A stretch of DNA of 53,143 bases from Candidatus Sysuimicrobiota bacterium (GCA_040289515.1 PSLI01000010.1:1-53143); one strand, 5' to 3'. Numbered from the stretch's first letter, positions 39,215-50,519 are shown. The notes: generated by a model from the letters alone, not told the origin. Made by a program: numbers and translations.

Positions 39215-42200
39215 TCACTCTTCCCACACGGCCCCCTCCCCCAGCAGCATCTCCAGCTCCCTGCGGAACTCCTCGTCCGCGGGGACCCCCTTGCGCAGCC
39301 GGTGCACGGACTCCCCCTGCAGGGTCACCACGTGCGCGTAGGCCTCCCGGGGGCCAGCTCGTCCCCGTAGGAAGTCCGCCAGCTGCAGCAGCTCCTCCGA
39401 AGTGGTAACCCGCACGTGCAGAGCAGGCAGCCCCCGCCCCTCCCCGTTCCCGCGTCCTGCAGGGACCAAGCTGTCCACGGGGGTCACCTCGTCCGCCAGC
39501 ACCCGAGGCCTTCCCTCCGAGGCGTCCAGCCGGCCGGAGGCCACCACCACCGCGTCCACGTGGAGGGCGTGTTGGCACCGCTCGAACACCTTCGGCCAGA
39601 CCACCACGTCCACCGCCCCGGACAGGTCCTCCAGCTGGACCACCGCGAAGCGGCTGCCGTCCTTCTTGGAAGTATTGACGCGCACGTGGGTCAGAACCCC
39701 GCCCACGGACACGGCGCTGCGGTCCTCCAGCTCGTGCAGGTCCGCCACCCGGTGTCGCACCCGCCCCCGCAGCACCGCCTCCCACGCCCGCACGGGGTGG
39801 TCGCTCACGTACAACCCCAGCATCTCCCGCTCCATACGCAGCATCTCCCGCGGATCCAAAGGCGGGACCTGGGGCAGCGGAGGGGAGCTACGCACGAGGT
39901 CCACCTCCCCGAACAGAACCGTCTGCGCCCTGGATTCCTGCTGCCGGTACCGGGCTCCGTACTCCAGGGCCTCGTCTAGGACGCTCAGAAGCGCCGCCCG
40001 GTCGCCCAGGGAGTCCATGGCCCCCGCCTTGAGGAGGCTCTCCACCACCTTCCGGGTCGCCACCCGCCCGTCCGTGCGGGCGCAGAAGTCAAACAGGGAC
40101 CGGAACGGGCCGCCTGCTTGTCGCGCCCGGACGATCTCCTGTAAGGCGGTGCTGCCCACGTTCTTGATGCTCCCCAGGCCAAACCGGATGGCGCGGTCCC
40201 CCACCACGGTGAACTCGGGCTCGGACTCGTTCACGTCCGGGGGCAACACCGCGATCCCCATCCGTCGGCACTCCTCTACGTCCAGGGCGATGCGTTCCAG
40301 GTTGCCGCTGTCCGCGCACAGCACGGCGGTCATGTACTCCGCGGGATAGTTGGCCTTCAGGTATGCGGTGTAGTAGGCGATGAGGCCGTAGCACGCCGCG
40401 TGGGCCCGGTTGAATCCGTACCGGGCGAAGGGCTCGAACTGCTCGAAGACCTTGTCCACCACCTCCTTGGGGATCCCCCGCTGCAGGGCACCGCGCTCGA
40501 ACTTCTCCCGCTGGCTCAGCAGCTTGTCTTTGACCTTCTTGCGGATGGCGTAGCACAGCACGTCCGCCTCCGCCAGGGTGTAACCCGCCATGGCCTGGGC
40601 CACGGTCATGATGTCTTCCTGGTACACCAGGACCCCGTAGGTCTCCCGCAGGACAGGCTCCAGGACCGGATGCAGGTAGGTGACGGGCTCCCGGCCGTGC
40701 TTGCGGCGGATGTAGGCGGGGATGTTGGCCATGGGCCCCGGGCGGAACAGGGCCACCATGGCCATGATGTCCTGGATGCTGCTGGGCCGCAGCTCCTGCA
40801 GGTACCGGCGCATCCCCGAGGACTCCAGCTGGAACACCCCCACGGTTTCGCCCCGGCCCAACAGGGCGTACGTCTCCGGGTCGTCCAGGGGGATCTGGTG
40901 GAGCTGGATGCGCTGGCCCCGCCTGCGCTCCACGATGCGCAGGGCGTGATCCAAAATGGTGAGGTTCGCGAGTCCCAAAAAGTCGAACTTCACCAGGCCG
41001 ATGGCGCTGAGGCTGTCCATGTCGTACTGGGTCATCACCACGCCGTCCTTGCCCCGGGTGAGGGGCACGTGATCCGTCAGGGGGTCCGGCGAGATGATGA
41101 CCCCGGCGGCATGGGTGCTGGCGTTGCGGGCCACCCCCTCCAGCTTCCGCGCCAGCTCCAGCAGTTTGTGGACCTGCTCGTCCTCGTCCGCCAGCCGCTG
41201 CAGCTCCTCGTCGGAGGCCAGGGCCTGGTCGAGGGTGGCGTTGGGGGGGATACGCTTGGCGATCCGGTCCACCTCCCCGTAACTCATCCCCAACACGCGG
41301 CCCACATCCCGGACCGCCTGGCGGGCCTTCATCGTGCCGAAGGTGATGATCTGGGCCACCCGGTCCTGCCCGTACCGGTCCATCACGTACCGGATGACCT
41401 CGTCCCGCCGGGTATCCATGAAGTCCACGTCGATGTCGGGCAGGGTGTAGCGCTCCAGGTTGAGGAAGCGGTCAAAGGGCAGGCGGTACGCGATGGGGTC
41501 CACGTCCGTGACCCCGCACGCGTACAGGACCAGGGACCCTGCCGCGGACCCCCGCACGGTGGTGAGGATCCCTCGGGAGCGGGCGAAGTTCACGAAGTCC
41601 TGCACGATCAGGAAGTACGGGGCGTACCCCATGCACTCGATGACGCCCAGCTCGTAGTCCAGGCGCTCCTGCAGCTCGGGGGTGATGCGGCCGTAGATGC
41701 GCCGCAGCCCTTCCTCGCACAGCCACCGCAGATACGACTGAGGGGTGAACCCCTCCGGGGTGGGGAAATCGGGCAGTTTGGGTCGGTCCAGCTCCAGGTG
41801 CAGCTGGCAGCGCTGCGCGATCTCCACGGTGTTGCGGAGGGATTCCGGGAACTCCCGGAACAGGATGCTCATCTCCGCACCGCTCTTAAGGTAGAAGTGC
41901 GGAACATCCCCCATGCGCGGGCGGTCCGGGTCGCGTATGGTCTTGTTCATCTGCACGCACATGAGGACGTCCTGGGCGGGCGCATCCTCCGGGAGGACGT
42001 AGTGCACGTCGTTGGTGGCCACCAGGGGCAGGTTCAGGTCCCGGGCGATGCGAACGAGCTCCGGGATGAGGATCCGCTGCTCGGGCAGCCCATGGTCCTG
42101 CAGCTCGATGAAAAACTCGCCGGGCTCGAACAGGTCCCGGAACTCCGCGGCAGCCTCCCGGGCTCCCCGCAGGTCCCCCCTCAGGATCTTCTGAGAGATC

Positions 42201-42625
42201 TCCCCGTTAAGGCATCCGGAAAGCCCCACCAGACCCTTGCTGCAGGAGGCCAGCAGCTCCTTATCGATTCGGGGCCGGTAGTAGAAGCCCTCCAGGTGCG
42301 CCTGGGTGGCCAGCCGGATGAGGTTCCGGTACCCGTCCTCGTTGCGGGCCAGCAGGGTCAGGTGGTAGCTGGACCCGTCCAGCTTCGGGTCCCGGTCCGT
42401 GTACCGGCGGGGTGCCTGGTAGGCTTCCATGCCCAGGATGGGCCCGATGCCCACGGCCTGAGCCTCCCGGTAGAACTCGATGACCCCGTACAGGGCCCCG
42501 TGGTCTGTGATAGCCAGCGCCCGCATGCCGAGCTGTGCAGCCCTCTGCAGGAGCGGCCGGATGCGGCTGCATCCGTCTAGCAGGGAGTACTCCGTGTGCA
42601 CGTGCAGGTGGACGAACTCCGACAT
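39215..42625 (-). CDS. dnaE: DNA polymerase III alpha subunit
   Basis: HLHVHTEYSLLDG, TDHG, RGSAAGSLV, PDIDVDF, KFDFLGL, YGFNRAH, C-terminal OB fold; ATG 42625. Confidence 0.97.
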   Translation of the reverse strand: MSEFVHLHVHTEYSLLDGCSRIRPLLQRAAQLGMRALAITDHGALYGVIEFYREAQAVGIGPILGMEAYQAPRRYTDRDPKLDGSSYHLTLLARNEDGYRNLIRLATQAHLEGFYYRPRIDKELLASCSKGLVGLSGCLNGEISQKILRGDLRGAREAAAEFRDLFEPGEFFIELQDHGLPEQRILIPELVRIARDLNLPLVATNDVHYVLPEDAPAQDVLMCVQMNKTIRDPDRPRMGDVPHFYLKSGAEMSILFREFPESLRNTVEIAQRCQLHLELDRPKLPDFPTPEGFTPQSYLRWLCEEGLRRIYGRITPELQERLDYELGVIECMGYAPYFLIVQDFVNFARSRGILTTVRGSAAGSLVLYACGVTDVDPIAYRLPFDRFLNLERYTLPDIDVDFMDTRRDEVIRYVMDRYGQDRVAQIITFGTMKARQAVRDVGRVLGMSYGEVDRIAKRIPPNATLDQALASDEELQRLADEDEQVHKLLELARKLEGVARNASTHAAGVIISPDPLTDHVPLTRGKDGVVMTQYDMDSLSAIGLVKFDFLGLANLTILDHALRIVERRRGQRIQLHQIPLDDPETYALLGRGETVGVFQLESSGMRRYLQELRPSSIQDIMAMVALFRPGPMANIPAYIRRKHGREPVTYLHPVLEPVLRETYGVLVYQEDIMTVAQAMAGYTLAEADVLCYAIRKKVKDKLLSQREKFERGALQRGIPKEVVDKVFEQFEPFARYGFNRAHAACYGLIAYYTAYLKANYPAEYMTAVLCADSGNLERIALDVEECRRMGIAVLPPDVNESEPEFTVVGDRAIRFGLGSIKNVGSTALQEIVRARQAGGPFRSLFDFCARTDGRVATRKVVESLLKAGAMDSLGDRAALLSVLDEALEYGARYRQQESRAQTVLFGEVDLVRSSPPLPQVPPLDPREMLRMEREMLGLYVSDHPVRAWEAVLRGRVRHRVADLHELEDRSAVSVGGVLTHVRVNTSKKDGSRFAVVQLEDLSGAVDVVVWPKVFERCQHALHVDAVVVASGRLDASEGRPRVLADEVTPVDSLVPAGRGNGEGRGLPALHVRVTTSEELLQLADFLRGRAGPREAYAHVVTLQGESVHRLRKGVPADEEFRRELEMLLGEGAVWEE

Positions 42626-42663
42626 GTTGGGCCCCGCTTTCAAGGAACTACCACATATTGTAG
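42617..42663. promoter_or_regulatory. Tandem NrdR-box-like sites overlapping the dnaE -10 and start codon
   Basis: CTACCACATATTGTAG (42648-42663) and CTCCGACATGTTGGGC (42617-42632) both fit the CnAnATnTnG core; starts 31 bp apart; -10 TACAAT at 42657-42662 (minus strand). Confidence 0.7.
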
Positions 42664-42763
42664 GCGCCGGCGGCCCTGCGTCACTTCCGCGGGGAAGCGA
42701 TAGGCGGCAGTTTGCGCGAGGGCCCGCCGCGAGCTTTGACCGCGCGCCTCCAGGCGGCGCCTT

Positions 42764-44116
42764 TCAACCCACCCCGCCCTCGGGCAAAGCCTCGGCCTCC
42801 CGCAGGCACTGCCCCAGGATCCCCAGGGCGGGGTCCAGCTCCCGGTCCCCCACCACCAGGGGTGGAAGGACCCGCACCACGTTGTGGTACACCCCTGCCC
42901 GCAGCAGCAGCACGCCCCGTTCTGCCGCGCGGCGCAGGACGAACTGCGTGTGCTGCGCAGCCGGGGTTTTCGCCTCGCGGTCGGTTACCAGCTCCAGGCC
43001 CGCCATGGCCCCCAGGCCCCGCACGTGCCCCACCAAGGAGCAGTCCTCCTGGAAGGCACGGAAGGCCTGCAGCAGCCGCTTTCCGATTTCGCGAGCCCGG
43101 TCCACCAGGCGCTCCTCCTCGAACACCTGGAAGACCGCCAGGGCTGCGGCGCAGCTCACGGGGTTGCCCACGAAGGTGCCGCCGATCCCGCCCTCGCGCA
43201 CCGCGTCCATCACCTCCGCCCGCCCCACCACCGCGGAAAGCGGCAGCCCCGCGGCCAGGGACTTGCCCACCACCAGTAGGTCGGGCTGCACTCCCGCGTG
43301 CTCCACGGCCCACATGCGGCCCGTGCGGCCCATCCCCGTCTGTACCTCGTCGGCCACCAGCAGAATGCCGTGGCGGCGGCACAGCTCCTGCAGCCGCGGC
43401 AGGAAAGAGGGAGGCGGCACCACCACCCCGCCTTCCCCCAGCACCGGTTCCACCACCACCGCGGCCACCCGCTCCGGCTCCACGTGTAGGGTGAACAGGT
43501 CAACCAGCCTGCGCAGACAGTCCTCCACGGTTTCGAGCTCAGTGGGAAACGGGCTGCGGTAGGGGTACGGGTAGGGAGCCCGGTAAACCTCCGGGGCGAA
43601 GGGCCCGAACCCGGCCTTGTAGGGAACCACCCGGCTGGTGAGGGAAAGCGCCATGTAGGTGCGGCCGTGGAAGGCGCCCTCGAAAGCCACCACCGCGCTG
43701 CGGCCCGTGTACGCGCGGGCGATCTTCACCGCGTTCTCCACCGCTTCCGCCCCCGAGTTGAACAGGGCTGCCTTCTTCGGAAACCCTCCCGGGGCCGCGG
43801 CGCACAGCCGCTCGCACACCGCCACGTAGCCCTCGTAGGGAGCCACCGCGTAGTCGGTGTGGAGGAAGCGGGCGGCCTGCTCCTGCACCGCCCGCACCAC
43901 GGTGGGGTGCGCGTGCCCCACCGCTAGGCAGCCGACCCCTCCCGCCAGATCCACGTACGCGCGGCCGTCTGCGTCGTACAGCACCGCGCCCTGGCCCCGC
44001 TCCACGAAGGCCGGAAGCTGCGGGAAGATCGCCCGCGCCACGCTGGCCTGGGCGCGGGCCCACAACGCGGCACTGCGAGGCCCCAGGGGGGCTGTGCGGT
44101 GCACGTCGGTTGCCAA
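42764..44116 (-). CDS. gabT: 4-aminobutyrate aminotransferase (class III)
   Basis: FNSGAEAVENAVKIAR, AFHGRT, EPVLGEGG, ADEVQTGMGRTG, GKSLAAG, GTFVGNP; TTG 44116 after GGAGGGG. Confidence 0.9.
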   Translation of the reverse strand: MATDVHRTAPLGPRSAALWARAQASVARAIFPQLPAFVERGQGAVLYDADGRAYVDLAGGVGCLAVGHAHPTVVRAVQEQAARFLHTDYAVAPYEGYVAVCERLCAAAPGGFPKKAALFNSGAEAVENAVKIARAYTGRSAVVAFEGAFHGRTYMALSLTSRVVPYKAGFGPFAPEVYRAPYPYPYRSPFPTELETVEDCLRRLVDLFTLHVEPERVAAVVVEPVLGEGGVVVPPPSFLPRLQELCRRHGILLVADEVQTGMGRTGRMWAVEHAGVQPDLLVVGKSLAAGLPLSAVVGRAEVMDAVREGGIGGTFVGNPVSCAAALAVFQVFEEERLVDRAREIGKRLLQAFRAFQEDCSLVGHVRGLGAMAGLELVTDREAKTPAAQHTQFVLRRAAERGVLLLRAGVYHNVVRVLPPLVVGDRELDPALGILGQCLREAEALPEGGVG

Positions 44117-44117
44117 G

Positions 44118-45569
44118 CTACCCCTCCGGCGGCAGCCCCAGGCGCTCCCGCAAAAGCCGCTGCACCAGGGCGGGGTTGGCGCGTCCCTGGGTCCGCCGCA
44201 TGACCTGCCCCACCAAGAAGGCGATGGCCTTCTGCTTGCCCGCCTGCACATCCCGGACGGGCTCCGGGTGGTCGCGGATCACCGCCTCCACGGTCTCCCG
44301 CAGGGCGGCCTCATCCGCGATCTGCACCAGGCCCCGGCGGTCCACGATGGCCCGGGGGTCCTGGCCGGTGTCCAGCATCTCCGCGATCACGTCCTTGGCG
44401 ATGCGCCCGCTGATGGTGCCATCCTCCACCAGCCGCACCAGCTCCGCCAGCTGTCGGGGCGTGATGCGCAGCTGCTCGATCTCCAGGTTGTGCTCGTTGA
44501 GGTAGGCGCTGACCTCGCCCAGCATCCAGTTGGCGATCGCTTTGGGGCTCGGGTGGGAGGCCACCGCGGCCTCAAAGAAGTCCGCGGTAGCCCGGGTCTG
44601 CACCAGCAGGTCCGCCTCGTACCGCCCCAGCCCGTACTGCGCCAGGAGCCGGTCCCGCCGGGCATCCGGGAGTTCCGGGAGGCCCTGCCGGATCTCTTGG
44701 AGCCACTCGGGGTTGACCTCCACGGGCACCAGGTCCGGCTCGGGGAAGTACCGGTAGTCCTCCGCCTCCTCCTTCCCGCGGGAGGCGAAGGTGACCCCGC
44801 GCCGCTCGTCCCAATGGCGCGTTTCCTGAACCACGGCTCCTCCCCGCTCCAGCACCTCCCGCTGCCGCGCCACCTCGTAGCTGAGGGCGCGCTCCACGCT
44901 GCGCACGGAGTTCATGTTCTTCACCTCCGTGCGGGTGCCCAGGGGCTCGCCCGGGCGGCGTAGGGACACGTTGGCGTCGCACCGGAGGGTGCCCTCTTCC
45001 ATGCGGCCCGTGCTGACCTCCGCGTACTGCAGTACCTGTCGGAGCTTGAGCAGAAACGCGCGGGCCTCTTGGGGCGAGCGCAGGTCCGGGTAGGTGACGA
45101 TCTCCAGCAGGGGCACGCCGGACCGGTTGTAGTCCACCCCGCTCACGCGCCCGTCCTCCGGGTGCACCAGCTTGCCGGTGTCCTCCTCCAGGTGCACCCG
45201 GCGGATGCCCACCCGCCGCCGGTTCCCGTCCCCCTCGATGTCCAGGTAGCCGTCCGTGGCCAGCGGGGGGTGCTCCAGGTACTGGTACTGGGAGATCTGG
45301 TAGTTCTTGGGCAGGTCGGGGTAGTAGTAGTTCTTCCGGTGGAACTGGGAGGTGGGGTGCACGGTGCAGTTCAGCACCAGAGCGGCCCGCAAGCCCAGCT
45401 CCACCGCCTTGCGGTTGATGACGGGCAGCGCGCCCGGCAAGCCCAGGCACACGGGGCAGGTCTGGGTGTTGGGGGGTGATCCGAACCGCGTGCTGCACCC
45501 GCAGAACATCTTGGACTGCGTGAGCAGCTGCACGTGGATCTCCAGGCCGATGACCGTCTCGTACTCCAT
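44118..45569 (-). CDS. gatB: Asp/Glu-tRNA amidotransferase subunit B
   Basis: [55 protein letters not shown] 45569. Confidence 0.97.
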   Translation of the reverse strand: MEYETVIGLEIHVQLLTQSKMFCGCSTRFGSPPNTQTCPVCLGLPGALPVINRKAVELGLRAALVLNCTVHPTSQFHRKNYYYPDLPKNYQISQYQYLEHPPLATDGYLDIEGDGNRRRVGIRRVHLEEDTGKLVHPEDGRVSGVDYNRSGVPLLEIVTYPDLRSPQEARAFLLKLRQVLQYAEVSTGRMEEGTLRCDANVSLRRPGEPLGTRTEVKNMNSVRSVERALSYEVARQREVLERGGAVVQETRHWDERRGVTFASRGKEEAEDYRYFPEPDLVPVEVNPEWLQEIRQGLPELPDARRDRLLAQYGLGRYEADLLVQTRATADFFEAAVASHPSPKAIANWMLGEVSAYLNEHNLEIEQLRITPRQLAELVRLVEDGTISGRIAKDVIAEMLDTGQDPRAIVDRRGLVQIADEAALRETVEAVIRDHPEPVRDVQAGKQKAIAFLVGQVMRRTQGRANPALVQRLLRERLGLPPEG

Positions 45570-45580
45570 GCCCGCGTACC

Positions 45581-47074
45581 TCACGGGCACGTCTCGCGGA
45601 CCGGCCCCTCGCCCCGCAGGAGGGGGCAGCGGTGCCGGTGCCAGTCTGTGCTCTGCTCGTACGCGTACGCCGCCCGCAGCACCGTGGCCTCGTCGAAGGG
45701 CCGGCCCACCAGCTGCAGCCCCACGGGAAGTCCGTTCGCGAACCCGCAGGGCACGGAGATGGCGGGCAGGCCCGCCAGGTTCACGGGGATGGTGTACACG
45801 TCCGCCAGGTACATCTGGAGGGGGTCTGCGGTACGTTCGCCCAGCCGGAACCCCGCCACCGGAGACGTGGGGGTGGCCAGCAGGTCCACCCGCTGGAAGC
45901 AGCGGTCGAAGTCGCGGCGGACGAGGGTGCGCACCTGCTGGGCCTTCTTGTAGAACCCCTCGTAGTACCCCGCGGACAGGGCAAAGGTCCCCAGCATGAC
46001 GCGCCGCTTCACCTCCGGCCCGAAGCCCTCCGCCCGGGTGCGGGCATACAGGGTGTACAGGTCCTGCGCGTGCGGGCTGCGGTATCCGTAGGCCACCCCG
46101 TCGTACCGGGCCAGGTTGCTGCTGGCCTCCGCGCACGCGATGAGATAGTAGGTGGGCAGGGCGACCTCTAGGGTGGGCAGCGCCACCTCCTCCACCACCG
46201 CCCCTAGCCCCTCCAGCACCCGCACCGCATTCCGTACCGCCTCCCGCACCTCAGGCTGCAGGCCGTCGCCGAAGAACTCCACGGGCAGGCCCACCCGCAA
46301 GCCCCGTACTTCTCCCTCCAGGGACGCCACGAAGTCCGGGACGGGCAGGTCCACCGAGGTGGAGTCGTGGGGGTCCTTCCCGCTGATGACCTGCAGGATC
46401 AGGGCACAGTCCCGGACGTCCAGGGTCAACGGGCCGACCTGATCCAGGGAGGATGCGAAGGCCACCAGGCCGTAGCGGGAAACCCGGCCGTACGTGGGCT
46501 TCAATCCCACCACCCCGCACAGCGCCGCGGGCTGGCGGATGGACCCGCCCGTGTCCGAGCCCAACGTCGCCACGGCCTCCCCCGCGGCCACCGCGGCCGC
46601 CGATCCTCCGCTGCTGCCACCCGGCACGCAGTCCAGGTCCCACGGGTTGCGGGTGGCAAAGAAGCCCGAGTTCTCCGTGGAGGACCCCATGGCGAACTCG
46701 TCCATGTTGGTCTTGCCCAGCAGCAGCGCGCCGGCTTCCCGCAGCCGGCGGACCGCGGTGGCGTCGTACGGGGGCACGAAGGACTCCAAAATCCGCGAGG
46801 CGCACGTGGTGCGCACCCCCTCGGTGCACAGGTTGTCCTTCAACGCCACCGGCATGCCCGCCAGGGGTGGCAGGGGTTCCCCCCGGGCCAGGCGGTCGTC
46901 CAGCTCCCGTGCCTGCGCCCGCGCCCGGTCCGCGGTCACGGTAAGGTAGGCACGCACCAACCCGTCCAGCCGGTCGATGGCGTCCAGGTACGCGTCCACC
47001 AGCTCCCGCACCGAAAGGTCCCTGCCCAGGCGGGGACGGAGCTCGTGATAGGGACGTCCCAAAAGCTCCCTCAC
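45581..47074 (-). CDS. gatA: Asp/Glu-tRNA amidotransferase subunit A
   Basis: [54 protein letters not shown]. Confidence 0.97.
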   Translation of the reverse strand: MRELLGRPYHELRPRLGRDLSVRELVDAYLDAIDRLDGLVRAYLTVTADRARAQARELDDRLARGEPLPPLAGMPVALKDNLCTEGVRTTCASRILESFVPPYDATAVRRLREAGALLLGKTNMDEFAMGSSTENSGFFATRNPWDLDCVPGGSSGGSAAAVAAGEAVATLGSDTGGSIRQPAALCGVVGLKPTYGRVSRYGLVAFASSLDQVGPLTLDVRDCALILQVISGKDPHDSTSVDLPVPDFVASLEGEVRGLRVGLPVEFFGDGLQPEVREAVRNAVRVLEGLGAVVEEVALPTLEVALPTYYLIACAEASSNLARYDGVAYGYRSPHAQDLYTLYARTRAEGFGPEVKRRVMLGTFALSAGYYEGFYKKAQQVRTLVRRDFDRCFQRVDLLATPTSPVAGFRLGERTADPLQMYLADVYTIPVNLAGLPAISVPCGFANGLPVGLQLVGRPFDEATVLRAAYAYEQSTDWHRHRCPLLRGEGPVRETCP

Positions 47075-47367
47075 GCCTCCGCCTCCAGGACCCGCGGGAC
47101 CACCACGAACCCCTCCTGCGCCTGCGGGGCCATGGCCACCACCGCCTCTACGGGCAAAGAGGGGGTCACCTCGTCGGGCCGGAACACGTTGGTCACACGG
47201 ATGGCGTGGGAGGTGGGCTCCACCCCTTCCGTGGGCACCTTCTCCAGGACGGCGAAGTACTCCAGGAGGCTAGCTAGCTGCGCGGCGAACACAGCCCGCT
47301 CCTGTTCGGAGAGCTCCAGGCGGCTCAGGCGCGCCACGCGCTCGGTCACCTCGGGCGTGATCCGCAT
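47071..47367 (-). CDS. gatC: Asp/Glu-tRNA amidotransferase subunit C
   Basis: [34 protein letters not shown] 47367 after GGAGGAGG. Confidence 0.95.
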   Translation of the reverse strand: MRITPEVTERVARLSRLELSEQERAVFAAQLASLLEYFAVLEKVPTEGVEPTSHAIRVTNVFRPDEVTPSLPVEAVVAMAPQAQEGFVVVPRVLEAEA

Positions 47368-47408
47368 GGCCTCCTCCCGGGAAACCTCCAGCATGCTAGC
47401 ACGCGGGG

Positions 47409-47681
47409 CTAGTCCTGCGCGCTCAGGTGCTCCCGCAGGACCCGCTCCACCTCGGGCACGATGCGCTCCCAGTCGGCGTCGGGCTCGCGGGTGATGGTGA
47501 CGAAGTCGTTCAGCAAAAACACCATCCGCACCCCGGGGATGCTCAGCAGCCGCTGGGCCAGGGGGGAGGCAGAGGCCTGCTCCCGGGAGGTGTACGTCTC
47601 ACTGCGACCCTGCGTCAGCCGGCGGTCCAGGGTGAACTTCAGGGCGTGCACGTTGGGGGTCGGCTGGACCTCGATGCGCAC
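47409..47681 (-). CDS. Stand-alone Nfu/NifU N-terminal domain protein
   Basis: QPTPNVHALKF, SPLAQRLLSIPGV..VF..NDFVTIT, DWERI; GTG 47681 after GGAGGTG. Confidence 0.88.
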   Translation of the reverse strand: MRIEVQPTPNVHALKFTLDRRLTQGRSETYTSREQASASPLAQRLLSIPGVRMVFLLNDFVTITREPDADWERIVPEVERVLREHLSAQD

Positions 47682-47694
47682 CGTCCCACCTCCC

Positions 47695-49146
47695 CTATGC
47701 CAGGCCCCAGAGGGCCGTGCGTGCTCCCTGGACCGGGTCCCGGCGCAGGCGCCGCAGGGAGCTGGAAGGGATGCCCGCCTCCTCACGGTACTTGGCTGCG
47801 GTGCGGCGGGCGATGGGGATCCCCTCCCGGCGCAGCCGCAGGGCGATCTCCCGGTCCGTGAGGGGAGCGTGGGGGTCCTCCTCCTGCACCAGCTGCCGGA
47901 TGCGCTCCTTGACGGGCAGGGAGGCGTCGAAGAACACCTCGCAGGACACCACGCGCCCGTTGGGCAGCAGCACGTACTTGCCGTCCAGGGCACGGCTGAC
48001 CGTGGACTCGCTGAGTCCCACCCGCGCCGCCACGGTGGCCATGGTGAGGGGCCGCAGGTACGCGGGGCCCCGGTCCAAAAACTCCCGCTGCGCCTCCACG
48101 ATGGCCTCCAGGATCACCTTCAGGGTGAAGTTGCGGCGCTTGATGCTTTCGATGAACAGCTTCGCCCGGGTGACGTAGTCGTGGATGTGCCGGGCGGCGT
48201 TGGGTGCAAACTCTTGAGGACACTTGCGAGCGCGCAGGTACAGCTCCCGGTACAGCTCGTTCACCCGCAGGCCCATGGTGGGCGAGCCCATCACTTCCAC
48301 CGCGTACCCGCGGGGGGTCCGGACCACGACCGCGTCCGGCCGGGGCACTTCCTGAGGCCTGAGGCGACCGCCGCCTGCGCGCTCGGCCTCGTAGCGGTCC
48401 GCGGGGTACGGGTACAGGTGGCGGCGGATGTACTCGTGCACCTCCCGGGCTTCCTGGGCGGACGTACCCAGGCGCTGCCCCACCCGAGCGTACTGGCCGC
48501 GGGCCAGGTCTGCCAGCAACCCTTCCGTGATGAGGCGCTGGGCCAGGAGGTTGTGCGGGCTGGGCTCCAGGGCCCGCAGCTGCAGCAGCAAGCACTCCTC
48601 CACGCTGCGGGCCGCCACCCCTACGGGCTCGAACGCCTGCACCACCGCCAGCACCTCCTCCGCGACCCGCAAAGAGACCCGGAAGCGGCTCGCTGCCTCC
48701 TGCAGCTCGCAGGCGAGGTAGCCCCGGTGGTCCACGCAGCCCACCAGGTACTCCGCCAGCTGTCGCCGCCTGCCCTTGAGGTTCTGCGCGGCCAGCTGCA
48801 GCAGCAGGAACTCCTGCAGGGACACCTCCGCGCCCACCTGGGTGAGGGGATCGAACTCGTCGTCCGGGCTGCCCCGGGGGGCCGGGGACACTTCGTCCAC
48901 CAGGGGCTCACCCGGTACGTGCCCGCAGTTGCCGCATGCCGCCCCCACCACCTCCGCCCCGCACCGGGCGCAGATCACCTCCTCCCGCTCCAGGGCCGGG
49001 TTCTCGTGCAGCTCCTGCTCGATGCGGGCCTCCAGCTGTGGCAGGGGCAGCACGAGCACCGCGCTCACCGCCATGAGCTTGGGCACCATCCGCTGCTGCG
49101 GCAGCGGGGTTACGTCCAGGCCCGGCCGGATCTCCACGTCCCTCAC
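47695..49146 (-). CDS. rpoN: RNA polymerase sigma-54 factor
   Basis: [55 protein letters not shown], RpoN box [12 protein letters not shown] 49146 overlaps the upstream stop (GTGA). Confidence 0.93.
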   Translation of the reverse strand: MRDVEIRPGLDVTPLPQQRMVPKLMAVSAVLVLPLPQLEARIEQELHENPALEREEVICARCGAEVVGAACGNCGHVPGEPLVDEVSPAPRGSPDDEFDPLTQVGAEVSLQEFLLLQLAAQNLKGRRRQLAEYLVGCVDHRGYLACELQEAASRFRVSLRVAEEVLAVVQAFEPVGVAARSVEECLLLQLRALEPSPHNLLAQRLITEGLLADLARGQYARVGQRLGTSAQEAREVHEYIRRHLYPYPADRYEAERAGGGRLRPQEVPRPDAVVVRTPRGYAVEVMGSPTMGLRVNELYRELYLRARKCPQEFAPNAARHIHDYVTRAKLFIESIKRRNFTLKVILEAIVEAQREFLDRGPAYLRPLTMATVAARVGLSESTVSRALDGKYVLLPNGRVVSCEVFFDASLPVKERIRQLVQEEDPHAPLTDREIALRLRREGIPIARRTAAKYREEAGIPSSSLRRLRRDPVQGARTALWGLA

Positions 49147-50519
49147 CGTCTCGGGGAGCGCTGCGGCGCGGGCAGCTGGATACCGTGCTGCTCCAGACGC
49201 CGTCGCAGCTGCGCGGGGCTCAACCCCAGCACCGCGGCCGCCTCCTCCAGGTTCCAGTCCGTCCGCTGCAGCACCTGCACCACGTGCTGCCGTTCCACCT
49301 CCGCCAGGGTGGGCAGACGCTCCTGTGCGGCCTCCGCACTCACCCCGCCCAGCCACAGGTCCTCCGCCCAGATCTCGGGGGTGCGGCACAGGATCACGGC
49401 CCGCTCCACGGCAAACTCCAGCTCCCGCACGTTCCCGGGCCAGGCGTAGCGCCGCATCTTGCGCATGGCCTGAAGGGTGAAGCCGGTGATGGGCTTTCCG
49501 TACTTGGTGCGGTACTTCTCCAGGAAGTGCTGCGCCAGCAGGGGGATGTCCTCCTGCCGCTCCCGCAGGGGAGGCACCTCGATGGGGACCACGCTGAGGC
49601 GATAAAAGAGGTCCTCCCGGAAGCGGCCGTCCCGCACCATCTGCCGCAGGTCCTTGTTGGTGGCCGCGATGACCCGCACGTCCGCGCGGATGGGCTTGTT
49701 GCTCCCCACCCGCTCGAAGGTGCGCTCTTGCAACACCCGCAGGAGCTTCACCTGCATGGCGGGGCTCATATCGCCCACCTCGTCCAGGAAGATGGTCCCC
49801 CCGTCCGCGGCCTCAAACTTACCGATGCGGGTGCCGGTGGCGCTGGTGAAGGCTCCCTTCTCGTGGCCGAACAGCTCCGTCTCCAGCAGGGTCTCCGGGA
49901 TGGCACCGCAGTTGATGGCCACGAAGGGTCCGTCCGCCCGCCGGCTCTGGTCGTGGATGGAGCGGGCCAGGATCTCCTTGCCGGTCCCCGTCTCCCCGTA
50001 GATGAGCACGGTGGCGTCCGTGGGGGCTACCGCCGCGGCCACCCGGAGCACCTCCTGCATGCGGGGCGAGCTCCCCACGATCCCCTCGAACTTGAAGCGC
50101 GCCCGCAGCTCCTCGTGCAGCTTGCGGTTCTGCTCCCGGAGCTGCCCGTGCTCCAGCGCCCGGCGAACCTTCAGCAGCAGCTCGTCCTTCTTGAAGGGCT
50201 TGGAGATGTAGTCGAAGGCTCCCTGGCGCATAGCCTCCACCGCCATCTCCAGGGTGGCGTACCCTGTGACGATCATCACCACGGCTCCGGGATCCTCCCG
50301 GCGGATCTCCCGCAGCACCTCCATGCCGTCCTTCTCGGGGATCCGCACGTCCAGGAGCACAAGGTCGAACTCGCCGGAGCGGGCCCGCCGCAGGGCGGTG
50401 GCACCGTCCACGGCCGTCTCCACCTCCAAGCCCTCCTGCCGCAGGATCTCACTGAGCAGGTTGCGGATGTTCTCCTCGTCGTCCACCACCAGCACCCGGT
50501 ACCGCGCCACCCGCCTCAC
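49143..50519 (-). CDS. NtrC/AtoC-type sigma-54-dependent response regulator
   Basis: Receiver VVDDE..LLDVRIP..KPF; AAA+ [46 protein letters not shown]; Fis-type HTH. Start may be GTG 50510. Confidence 0.95.
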   Translation of the reverse strand: MRRVARYRVLVVDDEENIRNLLSEILRQEGLEVETAVDGATALRRARSGEFDLVLLDVRIPEKDGMEVLREIRREDPGAVVMIVTGYATLEMAVEAMRQGAFDYISKPFKKDELLLKVRRALEHGQLREQNRKLHEELRARFKFEGIVGSSPRMQEVLRVAAAVAPTDATVLIYGETGTGKEILARSIHDQSRRADGPFVAINCGAIPETLLETELFGHEKGAFTSATGTRIGKFEAADGGTIFLDEVGDMSPAMQVKLLRVLQERTFERVGSNKPIRADVRVIAATNKDLRQMVRDGRFREDLFYRLSVVPIEVPPLRERQEDIPLLAQHFLEKYRTKYGKPITGFTLQAMRKMRRYAWPGNVRELEFAVERAVILCRTPEIWAEDLWLGGVSAEAAQERLPTLAEVERQHVVQVLQRTDWNLEEAAAVLGLSPAQLRRRLEQHGIQLPAPQRSPRR

